Part shown: positions 1-10,120 of the stretch, in pieces
Layout of the letters: every line of letters begins with the position of its first letter
How positions within the stretch are numbered: the stretch's first letter is position 1
NCBI GenBank assembly: GCA_050950765.1
Contig: JBMNIF010000002.1
Coordinates: 1,188,139 to 1,252,138, forward strand
Direction: 5' to 3'
Source of the DNA: Bdellovibrionota bacterium
GTDB lineage: Bacteria > Bdellovibrionota_C > UBA2361 > JAAYZI01
Length of the DNA stretch: 64,000 nt
Notes under the pieces: generated by a model
The model's input: only the letters and a program-made list of their open reading frames with translations
What the model was told of the DNA's origin: nothing
Database searches by the model: none
Position numbers and translations under genes: made by a program

Positions 1-144
1 GATATGTTGGAACGCGCTTTTAACGAATGCGCTGGAAGTATTGGAGCTTCAGCCTTAACGAATATCAGTGTGCGTGAAAAATGGTATTGGACCCCCGTCG
101 GCAACGGCTTTATCACAACAGTTACAGCACAAGGGGTTAGATAA
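1..144 (+). CDS. 3' end of a hypothetical protein (partial, runs in from the window edge)
   Basis: Frame 1 is open from base 1 to TAA at 142-144 (DMLERAFNECAGSIGASALTNISVREKWYWTPVGNGFITTVTAQGVR*); convergent with glgP, with REP-like cores in between. Confidence 0.55.
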   Translation, partial: DMLERAFNECAGSIGASALTNISVREKWYWTPVGNGFITTVTAQGVR

Positions 145-165
145 TTTTAGCTATGCTTTGGATTT

Positions 166-253
166 GGTGCCACCCTCTGTTGGATTTTTATTGAGTCAGA
201 AGTTATTAAAGGGTGGCACCAGTGATACTGGTGGGTGGCATCAAGACACCCAC
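166..253. repeat. Small REP-like cluster (GGTGCCACCC / GGGTGGCACC inverted pair plus variants)
   Basis: GGTGCCACCC 166-175, GGGTGGCACC 211-220, GGGTGGCATC 233-242, GACACCCAC 245-253; same cores as the larger clusters. Confidence 0.8.
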
Positions 254-263
254 CTAAAATTTG

Positions 264-1940
264 TTAGCTGTATAAATACTTGTAGTATTCATCAACCATA
301 CGTTTAGCAGAGAACTGCTCTTGCGAAGTCTCAATGCTGGATTTCATCATCTTGATCCATTTTTTTCTATTTTCATAGTATGTTGGAATTACTTCATCCA
401 TTAAGACTTTGTACATACCGCTAGAATCAACTTTATCAGCATCTGGACCCTCATAACGATTCCCGAACTCCCAACCGTTTTTACCTTCCTTAAAGCCTTC
501 ATCCCACCAACCATCAAGCACACTGCAATTCAAGACACCGTTCATCGCAGCCTTCATGCCTGAAGTGCCGCTTGCTTCACGCGGTCGAACTGGATTGTTT
601 AACCAAACATCACACCCTCTGGTTAATAATGCACCTATGCGCATGTCGTAGTTAGGAAGAAAAACAACACTGTTCGGACATTTTTTTGAGATCTGTAAAA
701 TCTCTTCAATCATCCGTCTGCCATCTAAATCACGTGGATGCGTCTTCCCCGCAAAAACGATAGCCAACTTTTTACCTTTCAGAAGAGGTTGAATAACTTT
801 TTCAGATTTAAAAATTAAGGTATGACGCTTATATCCAGTTACCCTTCTTGCAAAGCCGAGTAGAAGCACATCCTCATCAAGCGTTTGACCCGTGGTTGCT
901 TTTATTTCATCTAAAAGCTCACGTTTCGCAGCTTGATGCACTTCCCACAAATCAGCTTTGCCAGACATTGCACGACAGATATCCTTTGATTGCCACGTAG
1001 CATTATGCACACCATTGGTAATAGCCAAGATCTCTGCACCATCTGTAACCCATGACCACATTTTTCTGGCTGTTTTCCCGTGCAACTGCGCAACTGCACT
1101 TGCTTTCCTAGAAATTCTCAATCCAGCAGCAGCCATATTAAACGGATCTCCTCCTAAGCGTAACATTTGGTCGTATGTCAGACCGTTATAAGCTCCCATG
1201 TATTGCAACAATTCGTGTTTGTGTTGCTCATTTCCGGCCGGTACGGGTGTATGCGTAGTGAAGATAACCTCCTGCTTCGTATTTGCTAATGCATTATCAA
1301 AACTTTGTCCTGCACAATCCATTTTTTCACGGATAAGTTCGATACCTGCAAATAACGGATGGCAATCATTGAAATGATAAAGGTCTACTTTAATCCCTAA
1401 AGCACGCAAGGCTCGCACGCCCCCGATACCCAAGATAATTTCTTGAGCGATACGATCTTCATCATTGCCGCCGTAAAGATTTGTTGTCACAAAGCGATCC
1501 GGATTTTCAGGAAGATCTGCATCTAGGAGATATAGCGGTACATTACCGAAACAGTCACACTTCCATACTTTACAAGCAACTTGTTCTCCTCTAATCCTGA
1601 CACGAATAATTACGCCGGTATCTTCCAAAAAGTCATACTCATTTCTGGAATAACACTCCACTAATTTCCCATCTTCAGTGAAGGCTTGTCTGGCATAGCC
1701 GTGTTTCCAAAGAATACCCAACGCGACCATAGGACGTTTAGAATCACGTGCTGCTTTAATAATATCCCCAGCCAAGATCCCCAAGCCACCGCTATAGATC
1801 TGAAATCTGTAATCTAAACCATACTCCATACAAAAATAAGCCACACTTGGATCCTTGCAAGTTTTTTTTGAAGTTTTACAGGTAGCTACATTTTTTGCAG
1901 ACTCTTTAAGTGATGAGCTTTTTGCTGATATTTTTTTCAT
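264..1940 (-). CDS. glgP: Alpha-glucan (glycogen/starch) phosphorylase
   Basis: AYFCMEYG, YSGGLGILAGD, FTTHTPVPAGNE, ITNGVH, GFARR, PLP-lysine motif EASGTSGMKAAMNG, LDGWWDEG. Confidence 0.95.
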   Translation of the reverse strand: MKKISAKSSSLKESAKNVATCKTSKKTCKDPSVAYFCMEYGLDYRFQIYSGGLGILAGDIIKAARDSKRPMVALGILWKHGYARQAFTEDGKLVECYSRNEYDFLEDTGVIIRVRIRGEQVACKVWKCDCFGNVPLYLLDADLPENPDRFVTTNLYGGNDEDRIAQEIILGIGGVRALRALGIKVDLYHFNDCHPLFAGIELIREKMDCAGQSFDNALANTKQEVIFTTHTPVPAGNEQHKHELLQYMGAYNGLTYDQMLRLGGDPFNMAAAGLRISRKASAVAQLHGKTARKMWSWVTDGAEILAITNGVHNATWQSKDICRAMSGKADLWEVHQAAKRELLDEIKATTGQTLDEDVLLLGFARRVTGYKRHTLIFKSEKVIQPLLKGKKLAIVFAGKTHPRDLDGRRMIEEILQISKKCPNSVVFLPNYDMRIGALLTRGCDVWLNNPVRPREASGTSGMKAAMNGVLNCSVLDGWWDEGFKEGKNGWEFGNRYEGPDADKVDSSGMYKVLMDEVIPTYYENRKKWIKMMKSSIETSQEQFSAKRMVDEYYKYLYS

Positions 1941-2117
1941 CCAAATTCCTTAAAAATAATAGTTAAAACATTACTGCGGAACATCCTTTTATAATATAAG
2001 ATCCTATTAGAAAATGGATAAAAAGCAAAGAGGGATTGAGGTATAAGATAAAAAACGATTAAATCATTAAAAATCGTTTTGTTTTCTGAGAAAATTATAA
2101 AAAAGGATTGTTAATTA

Positions 2118-2912
2118 GTGGCGAATTTTAACAATTTATCAAAAATACCGGTTGTCGCAGAATCTGAAAATTATGCCAAAGATGCTAAAAAATTTGCTAA
2201 TGAAACAGGGATGCCGTATTCCGAGACATCAATAACAGATGAATGGTGCTATTTTTCCTTTGGAGACGCCCTTTCTCTAAAAGTACGAGAAGAAAATAAC
2301 AAAAGAGATACTACATTTAAGATCGATTTTTGTGATGGAGAGTTGCGTCATCGCAATATATATGGTGCCAACCGTTCCTCTCTTTTAGCCAAAGCTATCG
2401 GCGCTCGTAGTCGAGAGCATGCGCCTTATGTTCTTGATGCTACTGCTGGATTAGGGAGAGATGCTTTTATCTTAGCTGGACTCGGCTGCCGCGTTCTTAT
2501 GTTAGAGCGTTCCCCTGTTATTGGAGTTCTACTGGAAGATGCTTTAAGGCGGGGGATGCTCGACGCTGACGCCCAAGAAGCCGTTTCAAAGATGTCATTA
2601 ATAAAGGACGATGCTGAAGAATATCTGAAAAAATTAGCAGACACATCTATGGCAGCTCTTCCGGATGTTCTGTATTTAGACCCGATGTTCCCACACCAAA
2701 AGCGTTCTGCTTTAGTAAAAAAAGAGATGCGTATTTGCCGTGATATAGTAGGGGGTGACCCCGATGCTGACAAGTTATTGGTTGCTGGATTAAAAACTAA
2801 GATAAAACGTATTGTTGTAAAAAGGATGCGTACGGCTCCATTTCTTGCTGGTTTAAAACCTAATCAACAGTTAATGGGTAAAACCAACCGTTTCGATCTT
2901 TATTTAAAATAA
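2118..2912 (+). CDS. rsmJ: 16S rRNA m2G1516 methyltransferase (RsmJ/YhiQ family)
   Basis: VLDATAGLGRDAF SAM-binding motif, ERSP, YLDPMFP, ALVKKEM, RIVVKR, C-terminal RFDLY. Confidence 0.9.
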   Translation: MANFNNLSKIPVVAESENYAKDAKKFANETGMPYSETSITDEWCYFSFGDALSLKVREENNKRDTTFKIDFCDGELRHRNIYGANRSSLLAKAIGARSREHAPYVLDATAGLGRDAFILAGLGCRVLMLERSPVIGVLLEDALRRGMLDADAQEAVSKMSLIKDDAEEYLKKLADTSMAALPDVLYLDPMFPHQKRSALVKKEMRICRDIVGGDPDADKLLVAGLKTKIKRIVVKRMRTAPFLAGLKPNQQLMGKTNRFDLYLK

Positions 2913-2920
2913 TTACGGTG

Positions 2921-4020
2921 TAGAGGGTGGCACCAGTACGCTAGCAGCCAGTGACAGTCGAATGGGCTGAAACTACAGAGCAAGTCAGCTAGATCTGGAC
3001 GGAGGTCAAAAATTAAATTTGGTGCCATCCATTAGTTGTTGGGAGTTGATGGGAAGTCAACAGACGAGGAAAGAAGGGTGGCACCAGTGAGCAGAATCTT
3101 AAAATTGCAATAATTTAATAACATCAAAGTGTTAACTAGAATTTAAAATTTAGCTAAGAGAGAGAGTCCTTTTTATATTAATGGGTGGCACCAGTACGCC
3201 ACGCCTTCAAGGACGGCAGAGTGGGCTGAAACTGTAGAGCGAGTCAGCTAGATCTGGACGGGGGGTTAAAAATTTGGTGCCACCCAACAGGGACGGCAGA
3301 ATGGGCTGAAACTACAGAGCAAGTCAGCTAGATCTGGACGGAGGTTAAAAATTTGGTGCCACCCTTCAAGGACGGCATGCCCAGCACAGCACCCCGCTAG
3401 TCAGCATAACATCTAAAAAAGAAGGGTGGCACCAGTGAGCAGCCAGTGAGCAGACAACCTTAAAATCACAATAATTTAATAACATCAAAGTGTTAACTAA
3501 AATTTAAAATTTAGCTAAGAGAGAGTGTCCTTTTTATATTAATGGGTGGCACCAGTACGCCACGCCTTCAAGGACGGCAGAGCGGGCTGAATGTAGAGCG
3601 CCAATCAGTTGATGGGAAGTCAACAGACGAGGAAAGAAGGGTGGCACCAGTACGGACGGCACAAAAATTTGGTGCCACCCACCAAGGACGGCAGAGTGGG
3701 CTGAAACTAAAAACCGAATCGGTTAGATCTGGACGGAGGTCAAAAATTTGGTGCCACCCTTCAAGGACGGCATACCCAGCACAGCATCCCGCTAGTTAGC
3801 ATAACATCTAAAAAAGAAGGGTGGCACCAGTGAGCATGCAATCTTAAAATCACAATAATTTAATAACATCAAAGTGTTAACTAAAATTTAAAATTTAGCT
3901 AAGAGAGAGTGTCCTTCACCAGTACGCCAACCACAGACGAGGAAAAGAAGGGTGGCACCAGTACGCCAGCTAGCTCCCCGCCCTTCAACATAACGTCTAA
4001 AAAAGAAGGGTGGCACCAAG
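2921..4020. repeat. REP-like modular repeat cluster 1 (about 14 GGGTGGCACC cores, both orientations)
   Basis: Cores at about 2925, 3021, 3076, 3183, 3276, 3355, 3424, 3544, 3638, 3671, 3749, 3819, 3950, 4008; long linkers recur (e.g. AATAATTTAATAACATCAAAGTGTTAACT x3); fills the gap between convergent rsmJ and cstA. Confidence 0.9.
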
Positions 4021-4021
4021 T

Positions 4022-5746
4022 TTACGCTCTACTTTTTAAATCTCTGATAATACGTTTTACGCCGAGCACTATTAAGAAACAGACTAATGCCAGTAGGGTT
4101 GCGCCGATAATAGCGAGATATCTTTTATCTGCCACCTGCCAGCTACTAACGATTATGTGTGATAACGCCCAGATCGAGGTTGCAAACATAAAGATAGCTG
4201 GCAACGCCATAAAAACAGTTTTTCTCCGTGTGCGAAAAAGCCAGAGCGTTACAACCATTAACGTTATTCCGGCTAAAAGTTGATTTACCGAGCCAAAAAC
4301 AGACCAAAGTGATGAAATAGTGTTGCCGGACATTAACACCATCGCCAAAGCGGCTACTGCGAAAGTAGCTATCCAACGGTTTGCAAAGAAATCACGCGTA
4401 CTATTAAGGAGTTTTGCTATCGGCTTAGAGGCGGAAGGCACCGCAGTTAAAGCACGATCAGACGGTAGTAAAATCTCTTGCCAGATAAAGCGTGCTAAAC
4501 GCATGGTGGTGTCAAGTGTTGTCAATATAAAAGCAGAGATGGAGAGTTCTATAAAAATTGAAGCGGAGCTTTTCGAAATGCCAAACCTCGCAATAAGATT
4601 AGCTATGCCATCAGCAAACATCTTTTGTGGTTGAAAGTTGGAGGATATGTATTGCGCGTGAAACTCTGCATGCGAAAGATATCCGACACTAATGACTGCT
4701 AAGATTGCCAAAATACCTTCTACGTACATAGCACCCATCGCAACAGGACGAATATGCTTTTCATTATCAACTTGCTTTGAGCTGGTGCCTGATGCAACCA
4801 ACGCATGAAAACCGGAACACGCTCCACAAGCTACCGTGACAAACAAGAGCGGAATAAAATCAGGGAAGATACGAAGCTTATCAGTTATGCCGTAAGCTTC
4901 TTGTGGGTTAATAAAAAACGGTAGCGATATCGTCGGCTGTCCGATAACTATCCCTATAACTGCAGCCGCTATCATCACTAGTAGTATATATGAATTTAAA
5001 TAGTCACGAGGTTGTAGCAAAAACCAAACAGGTAGGATTGAAGCTACAATAGCGTAGCAAAGTAATCCGATACGCCAAAAGTTTTCAGCACATTCTGCAG
5101 AGTCGCAAAACATCTCATAATTCATGGGGAATTGTTCGCCAATCCAGATGCAGGCAAAAAGTAATGGCACAAAAATAAAGGTGGCTTGCAGTAACGAAAG
5201 GATTCGTGCTCTAGTTAAAAGAGCAAATAGCGGAGCCATTAAGATAAATAAGATAGAGGAAGTCGCCACAGCAGGTGTCTGCACAAAAGACTTCGCCACT
5301 AAGACTGTAAAAACAGCAACAACGACAATTAATGTCCCTAAGCAAAACAGTAAAAAAAGTTGTCTTCCAAGATAGCCGAGCTCTTTCTCGATAATGTATG
5401 CAATTGAACGCCCTTCATTTCTGACTGAAAGAAACATAGCAGAAAAATCGTGAACGGTACCGATAAAGATACACCCCAGTAAAACCCACAGCACTGCACC
5501 GCCCCAACCAAATTCACAAACAATAATTGGTCCGATGATCGGTCCAGCACCCGCGATAGATGCGAAATGGTGCCCAAACAATATGTACGGAGAGGTTGGG
5601 ACATAATCGATATCATCTCGCTTGGTGTGTGACGGGCACGGAATTGAGGGGTCGACTCCGAACTGCTTAGAAATTAAACGCCCGTAAAAATGATAGGCAA
5701 GATAAAATGCGCAAGAAACGATAAGTAATAAATGTAATCCGTTCAT
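4022..5746 (-). CDS. cstA: Carbon starvation protein A (peptide/pyruvate transporter family)
   Basis: DDIDYVPT, LFGHHFASIAGAGPIIGP, PVWFLLQPRDYLNS, FVTVACGACSGFHALVASGTSSKQ, LTTLDT; polytopic hydrophobic. Confidence 0.95.
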   Translation of the reverse strand: MNGLHLLLIVSCAFYLAYHFYGRLISKQFGVDPSIPCPSHTKRDDIDYVPTSPYILFGHHFASIAGAGPIIGPIIVCEFGWGGAVLWVLLGCIFIGTVHDFSAMFLSVRNEGRSIAYIIEKELGYLGRQLFLLFCLGTLIVVVAVFTVLVAKSFVQTPAVATSSILFILMAPLFALLTRARILSLLQATFIFVPLLFACIWIGEQFPMNYEMFCDSAECAENFWRIGLLCYAIVASILPVWFLLQPRDYLNSYILLVMIAAAVIGIVIGQPTISLPFFINPQEAYGITDKLRIFPDFIPLLFVTVACGACSGFHALVASGTSSKQVDNEKHIRPVAMGAMYVEGILAILAVISVGYLSHAEFHAQYISSNFQPQKMFADGIANLIARFGISKSSASIFIELSISAFILTTLDTTMRLARFIWQEILLPSDRALTAVPSASKPIAKLLNSTRDFFANRWIATFAVAALAMVLMSGNTISSLWSVFGSVNQLLAGITLMVVTLWLFRTRRKTVFMALPAIFMFATSIWALSHIIVSSWQVADKRYLAIIGATLLALVCFLIVLGVKRIIRDLKSRA

Positions 5747-5921
5747 GGTTGTGCAATACTACTTTTAATGGAAATTTAAAAGATCGAAAAACGGATTAAA
5801 GCAGATAATCAAAGAGAAAAAGGACGTTTGATATTACGTTGTTTTTTGAGGTTGAAGTGGTTTTATCCATTTTCGCAGATTTTAGTATGGTTGTATAATG
5901 GTATAGAAAGCGGAGCGTCCT

Positions 5922-7634
5922 ATGTCTTCAAATAAAACATTTTTTGCTTCAAATGATACCCCTCTAAATAACTCTTTTGAGTCTGAAGGCATTAAGGACG
6001 CTTTAATTTTTGAGGATGCAAAACGCACAATCCCGATAGGCGTTGAATTATTGGAAGAAAGCCTTAATAGGGTTCCTGTTGAATTAAAAGATGGCGTCCT
6101 TGAATTAGTGGCTTTGCGTTTATACGTCCCCCCTCAGAAAGAGGCTTCACTCAAGAGTTGGATTGCAGAGTTTGAAGAGAGACACTCTATAAAACTCGTC
6201 ATCCAGAGGCATCCGAGTTATAAAGGTATTCAAAATTTATTCAATGATTATTTGCAAGGGCAGACTATTTTAACAGCTGCACATATTCCCACTCTGGAAA
6301 CAATAGTAAATAAATTTTTTGGCACCCCCCCTGTAGTTAATGATCTTGAAGAAAAAATGAAGTTAATTCAAAACTTGCCGGATTTAACGAACTTGCCTCT
6401 GATCGCTATTGATGCTGCCTCTACAAAAGATCCGGAAGATGCTTTCTGCGTGGAAGAGTTAAGCCCCGATCTCTACCGTTTAACGGTTGCTATCTCTGAC
6501 ATTAGTTGGATGATTAACCCGCGTGGAGCACAACTGGATTTTGCAATAAATCTTGGTGCTACCATTTATACAAAAAGGCGCAATATCTCAACGCTGGGGG
6601 TGCTGGCGACAGAAAGGCGTACGCATTTTTCTTTAGAAAATAAAAGTCCGGCTTGGGTTTTGCAATTTGAGATCTCTACAAATGGGAAGGTAAAAGTTCT
6701 TACCAGCCCTTTTTTAGCAGATGTTTTAGTTCATAGAACACTTACTCCTGATGAGATCATAACTTCAGCGGGAACGGATCAAAGCTTGCAGAGCTTAATG
6801 AAAGTGGCGCTTCTCCTAAAGCTGCATAGATTAGGGAGGAAGGTTAACGATACCCACTTACAAAACATACAGGTTAACCCAGGGTTGGTCGTTTCAGAGA
6901 TAATGATCAAAACAAAAGAATCTTTTGCAGCTTTTCTTGACAAGTATAAATCAAAAAAGGCGATATTTAAGGTTCAGCAGAACCTTTCGCTCAATAAAAT
7001 TCGAGAATTGGTGCGGACTTTAAGAAAGATGGGGATCTTTGTGAGAGCTGATAACTTTCGTAATCCGATCCTCCTAACTGATCTCCTTTCTGAACTGCAA
7101 GAGATGAGCTTTGATGCCAGAATTAAAACAGGACAGGATACAGGCGGCACTGATCGTGTCATGAGAGATATCTTAGATGTGCTTTTAAAACGAGCCCATT
7201 ATGATTCTCATAATAGGGGGCATAAAAGCTTAAGTGTTCCCTCCTATTGCGATATTAAAGGTAGACTTGCTGCCGGTATTATTAATCAGATTCAAGCGCG
7301 TAACATTCTAACTGGTAGTGCTGCTACTTACAGTAACATAGAGATACGTAAAATGGTTAATAAGTTAAATAGGCAGATGAAAAACTACGGAATTAAAGTT
7401 TATACTTTAAGTTTCCTTGAGATGTTAAAATCAAAATTAGCCACCGTTGGAGATACTTTTCAAGGCGAAGTAGTAAAAACTACCGGCACTACAACTTTTA
7501 TAGATGTTGCAGGTTTTAAAAGATGGGGCGTTGTGCACCTTCCGCAAAAAAGAGAGCAGGGGACAGTTCTGGAGTTTAAATTAAAGGGATATTCCTTACA
7601 GGCACAACGATTTCTGTTTGAAGTTAATCCTTGA
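5922..7634 (+). CDS. RNB-domain (RNase II/R-like) protein, divergent, probably catalytically impaired
   Basis: AIDAASTKDPEDAF matches RNB motif I, VAISDIS and GATIY match motif II, VSEIMI matches the EExM motif, S1-like C-terminus; TSPIRRY motif absent. Confidence 0.75.
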   Translation: MSSNKTFFASNDTPLNNSFESEGIKDALIFEDAKRTIPIGVELLEESLNRVPVELKDGVLELVALRLYVPPQKEASLKSWIAEFEERHSIKLVIQRHPSYKGIQNLFNDYLQGQTILTAAHIPTLETIVNKFFGTPPVVNDLEEKMKLIQNLPDLTNLPLIAIDAASTKDPEDAFCVEELSPDLYRLTVAISDISWMINPRGAQLDFAINLGATIYTKRRNISTLGVLATERRTHFSLENKSPAWVLQFEISTNGKVKVLTSPFLADVLVHRTLTPDEIITSAGTDQSLQSLMKVALLLKLHRLGRKVNDTHLQNIQVNPGLVVSEIMIKTKESFAAFLDKYKSKKAIFKVQQNLSLNKIRELVRTLRKMGIFVRADNFRNPILLTDLLSELQEMSFDARIKTGQDTGGTDRVMRDILDVLLKRAHYDSHNRGHKSLSVPSYCDIKGRLAAGIINQIQARNILTGSAATYSNIEIRKMVNKLNRQMKNYGIKVYTLSFLEMLKSKLATVGDTFQGEVVKTTGTTTFIDVAGFKRWGVVHLPQKREQGTVLEFKLKGYSLQAQRFLFEVNP

Positions 7635-7707
7635 AAAAACAACCCCCCCCCCTTTAAACAAAAAGTGTAAATTCGGTGTACATTTTTAAAAACTTTCAAG
7701 ATAGGGC

Positions 7708-7762
7708 GTAAGCGATCAAAACGCTCCACGTCCTTGACAGGTTTATGCTTTAATGTGTCCGT
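7708..7762 (+). repeat. Dispersed ~55-bp element, copy 1 (inverted copy at 52558-52611)
   Basis: GTAAGCGATCAAAACGCTCCACGTCCTTGACAGGTTTATGCTTTAATGTGTCCGT vs reverse complement of 52558-52611 GTAAGTGATCAACGCCTCCACGTCCTTAATAGGTTTATGCTTTAAGGTGTCCGT. Confidence 0.8.
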
Positions 7763-8253
7763 GTCGGAGGAGGATTTTTTATAAGGCCTTGAGAGTCTCT
7801 GCCCACATACACTTCAGGTGCGCAGATAGTTTGGTGCTATGAGGTGGAAAAATTTAAAAAACGTCACGTCACTCGACTGCCTCTTGCTAGGTCAATATAA
7901 TTTTTGTTTGAGGTGTGCTAACCCCACTGTGGTGTCAGATTAGGCGATACTTTTTAAGATAAAGATCTTTCTTAAAAAAATCAGGATACTCTTTTAACGT
8001 CATAAAATTACTACTGTATTGTTGTTTTTTATTATAAAACAGAGATTGAATTTCTTAATTTGTGAAAGCAAAAACTTCACCCTTCTTACGCAGAGAAAGG
8101 GTAATAAAAATTCCTTATTCGTTGTGTTTTTAAATGTTCACGCTTTGTTAAATATTCGTATTGCCTCAAAAATAGATGACAAAGCAATCTGTTGCGAAGA
8201 TACCTTTTATTTTGCTAAATTGAAGCGAAAATTGTTAATTAAAATGAGTTAAA

Positions 8254-9342
8254 ATGATAGCGATATTTGTTGCTGCTCTTGTTATTTCTATTGGTACTTC
8301 GTTTGTTTGTTCTCTAATGGAGGCAGCTTACTACGCCGTCTCCATATCTTATGTAAGGAGTTTGGCTGAAAAAGGAAGTGGAGTCGGTAAGCTTTTACTA
8401 AAGTTTAAGGAAGGTATTGGAGAGCCGATCTCTGCCATATTAATTCTTAATACTGTTGCTCACACTGCTGGTGCCTCTGTCGCCGGTTGGGCTGCAGCAG
8501 ATCTGTTCGGACCTAATGCATTGCTACCTTTTTCTATAATTTATACTTTGGCAGTTTTGTATCTTAGTGAGATCTTGCCAAAGTTGATAGGGGTCATGCA
8601 TGCTAAGGTGGTAGTAAGGATTTTTGCATATCCACTCAATTTTTTAATTAAGATTCTCTATCCGTTAATCTGGATTTCAAATTTAATGGCACAAAAAATT
8701 CCATCAGGGAAAGGTGGAGAGATCTCAACAGAGGAAGTTCTTTCGATGGCAGAGTTGGGAGAGGAAGAGGGAGCGTTAGATAGTTTGGAAAGCTCTGTTA
8801 TTGAAAATATTATCGGGTTAGACCAGATTTTGGTTGGTGCTGTGATGACTCCTCGTGTTGTAGTGATGAGGTTTAATGAAGCTTTAACGCTTGAACAGAT
8901 AAAACCAGAGATGGACAACCTCTCTTATTCTAGGGTGCCGCTATATTCAGAAGAAGATCCCGATGAGTTGACCTCCTATGTTACGCAACGAGATATCTTT
9001 AGAGAATTAGTGCATGGGCATAATCAAAAAACTTTAAAGGAGATCTCTCGACCTTTGAAAACGGTACCAGAATTGATGCGTTGTGATAAATTACTCCTTG
9101 AAATGTTTGCTGAGAAGGAGCACCTCTATTCTGTTGTTGATGAGCACGGTGGATTAGCTGGTATCATCACGTTGGAAGATATTATAGAAGAGATTATCGG
9201 GCATGAGATCGTTGATGAATATGATGCTGTTAGTAACATGCGAGCTCTTGCTAGGTTGTTGCGTTTTAAAAAATGGCGTAACAGTAAGGCTAATGCTGCT
9301 AAGCGACAATCGAAACTAAAAGATACAAAAGAAAAGCTCTAG
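8254..9342 (+). CDS. CNNM/DUF21 + CBS domain protein (HlyC/CorB-like Mg2+/Co2+ transporter)
   Basis: SFVCSLMEAA, ISAILILNTVAHTAGA, SEILPK, VMTPR, YSRVPLY, VVDEHGGLAGIITLEDIIEEIIG. Confidence 0.92.
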   Translation: MIAIFVAALVISIGTSFVCSLMEAAYYAVSISYVRSLAEKGSGVGKLLLKFKEGIGEPISAILILNTVAHTAGASVAGWAAADLFGPNALLPFSIIYTLAVLYLSEILPKLIGVMHAKVVVRIFAYPLNFLIKILYPLIWISNLMAQKIPSGKGGEISTEEVLSMAELGEEEGALDSLESSVIENIIGLDQILVGAVMTPRVVVMRFNEALTLEQIKPEMDNLSYSRVPLYSEEDPDELTSYVTQRDIFRELVHGHNQKTLKEISRPLKTVPELMRCDKLLLEMFAEKEHLYSVVDEHGGLAGIITLEDIIEEIIGHEIVDEYDAVSNMRALARLLRFKKWRNSKANAAKRQSKLKDTKEKL

Positions 9343-10091
9343 CGATAAGATAAGAAGTTTTTGATGTTTTCTTTTATGCTGGCTGCCAAAGTTTCTTTGT
9401 CTTCGTTTCTTACTTCCGCAATCTTATTAAAAATGTAAGTAACACCGGCAGATTTATGAAAATCTGTTATGTTGGAAGCGTCTGTTTCAATAAGAATTCT
9501 ATCACTTGGAATCTCTTTTATAACGGTTAAGAACCTTTCTTCTGATAGTAAATTATAAGCAAATGAAAAGTATGCTCCATAATTAAGTAGCTTTGAAAGA
9601 ACTTGCGCCGACCCTGAAAAGGCGTGAAACATCAGAGACTGCGGAACTTTCGTGCTTGAAAAAATATTCAACAACAGGTTCCAACTTTTGACTATATGAA
9701 TTGATGTGGGGAGTGACATTTCTACTGCTATGGCGAGTTGCCTTCGGAAAACATCCTCTTGTATTAAGATGCTATCAGGTATTGATAGCATCTTTCTTGA
9801 ACGATCTAGTCCGATCTCTCCTATCCCAAAAGGATACTTTATTAAAAGATTGCGCAGTTCATCTTCCCAATCTAGCGAAGCTGAGTGTGCATACCAAGGA
9901 TGTAAACCAAAAAAAGGAATTACATCACGATGGCGTGCGGCGATCTCTGCAACGTTCTGCCAATCAGATTGCTTTGTACCATTACAGATAAAACGAGTTA
10001 TGTTGTTACGACGAGCTTCTTCTAAAAAGAGATCTTGCTCTGTAATGGTGCCGAAACTTTGTAAGTGTAGGTGCGAATCGCTAAAGAACAT
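9339..10091 (-). CDS. tatD: TatD-family metal-dependent nuclease
   Basis: DSHLHL, GLHPW, IGEIGLD, FHAFSG, LIETDA. Confidence 0.92.
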   Translation of the reverse strand: MFFSDSHLHLQSFGTITEQDLFLEEARRNNITRFICNGTKQSDWQNVAEIAARHRDVIPFFGLHPWYAHSASLDWEDELRNLLIKYPFGIGEIGLDRSRKMLSIPDSILIQEDVFRRQLAIAVEMSLPTSIHIVKSWNLLLNIFSSTKVPQSLMFHAFSGSAQVLSKLLNYGAYFSFAYNLLSEERFLTVIKEIPSDRILIETDASNITDFHKSAGVTYIFNKIAEVRNEDKETLAASIKENIKNFLSYR

Positions 10092-10120
10092 AAGTGGAAC
10101 ATGGATTAGAAAAAAATGCT

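Noticed and set aside
8019..8252. 77-aa ORF upstream of the CNNM gene
   Set aside because: TTG start without RBS, AT-rich, no motif; probably intergenic
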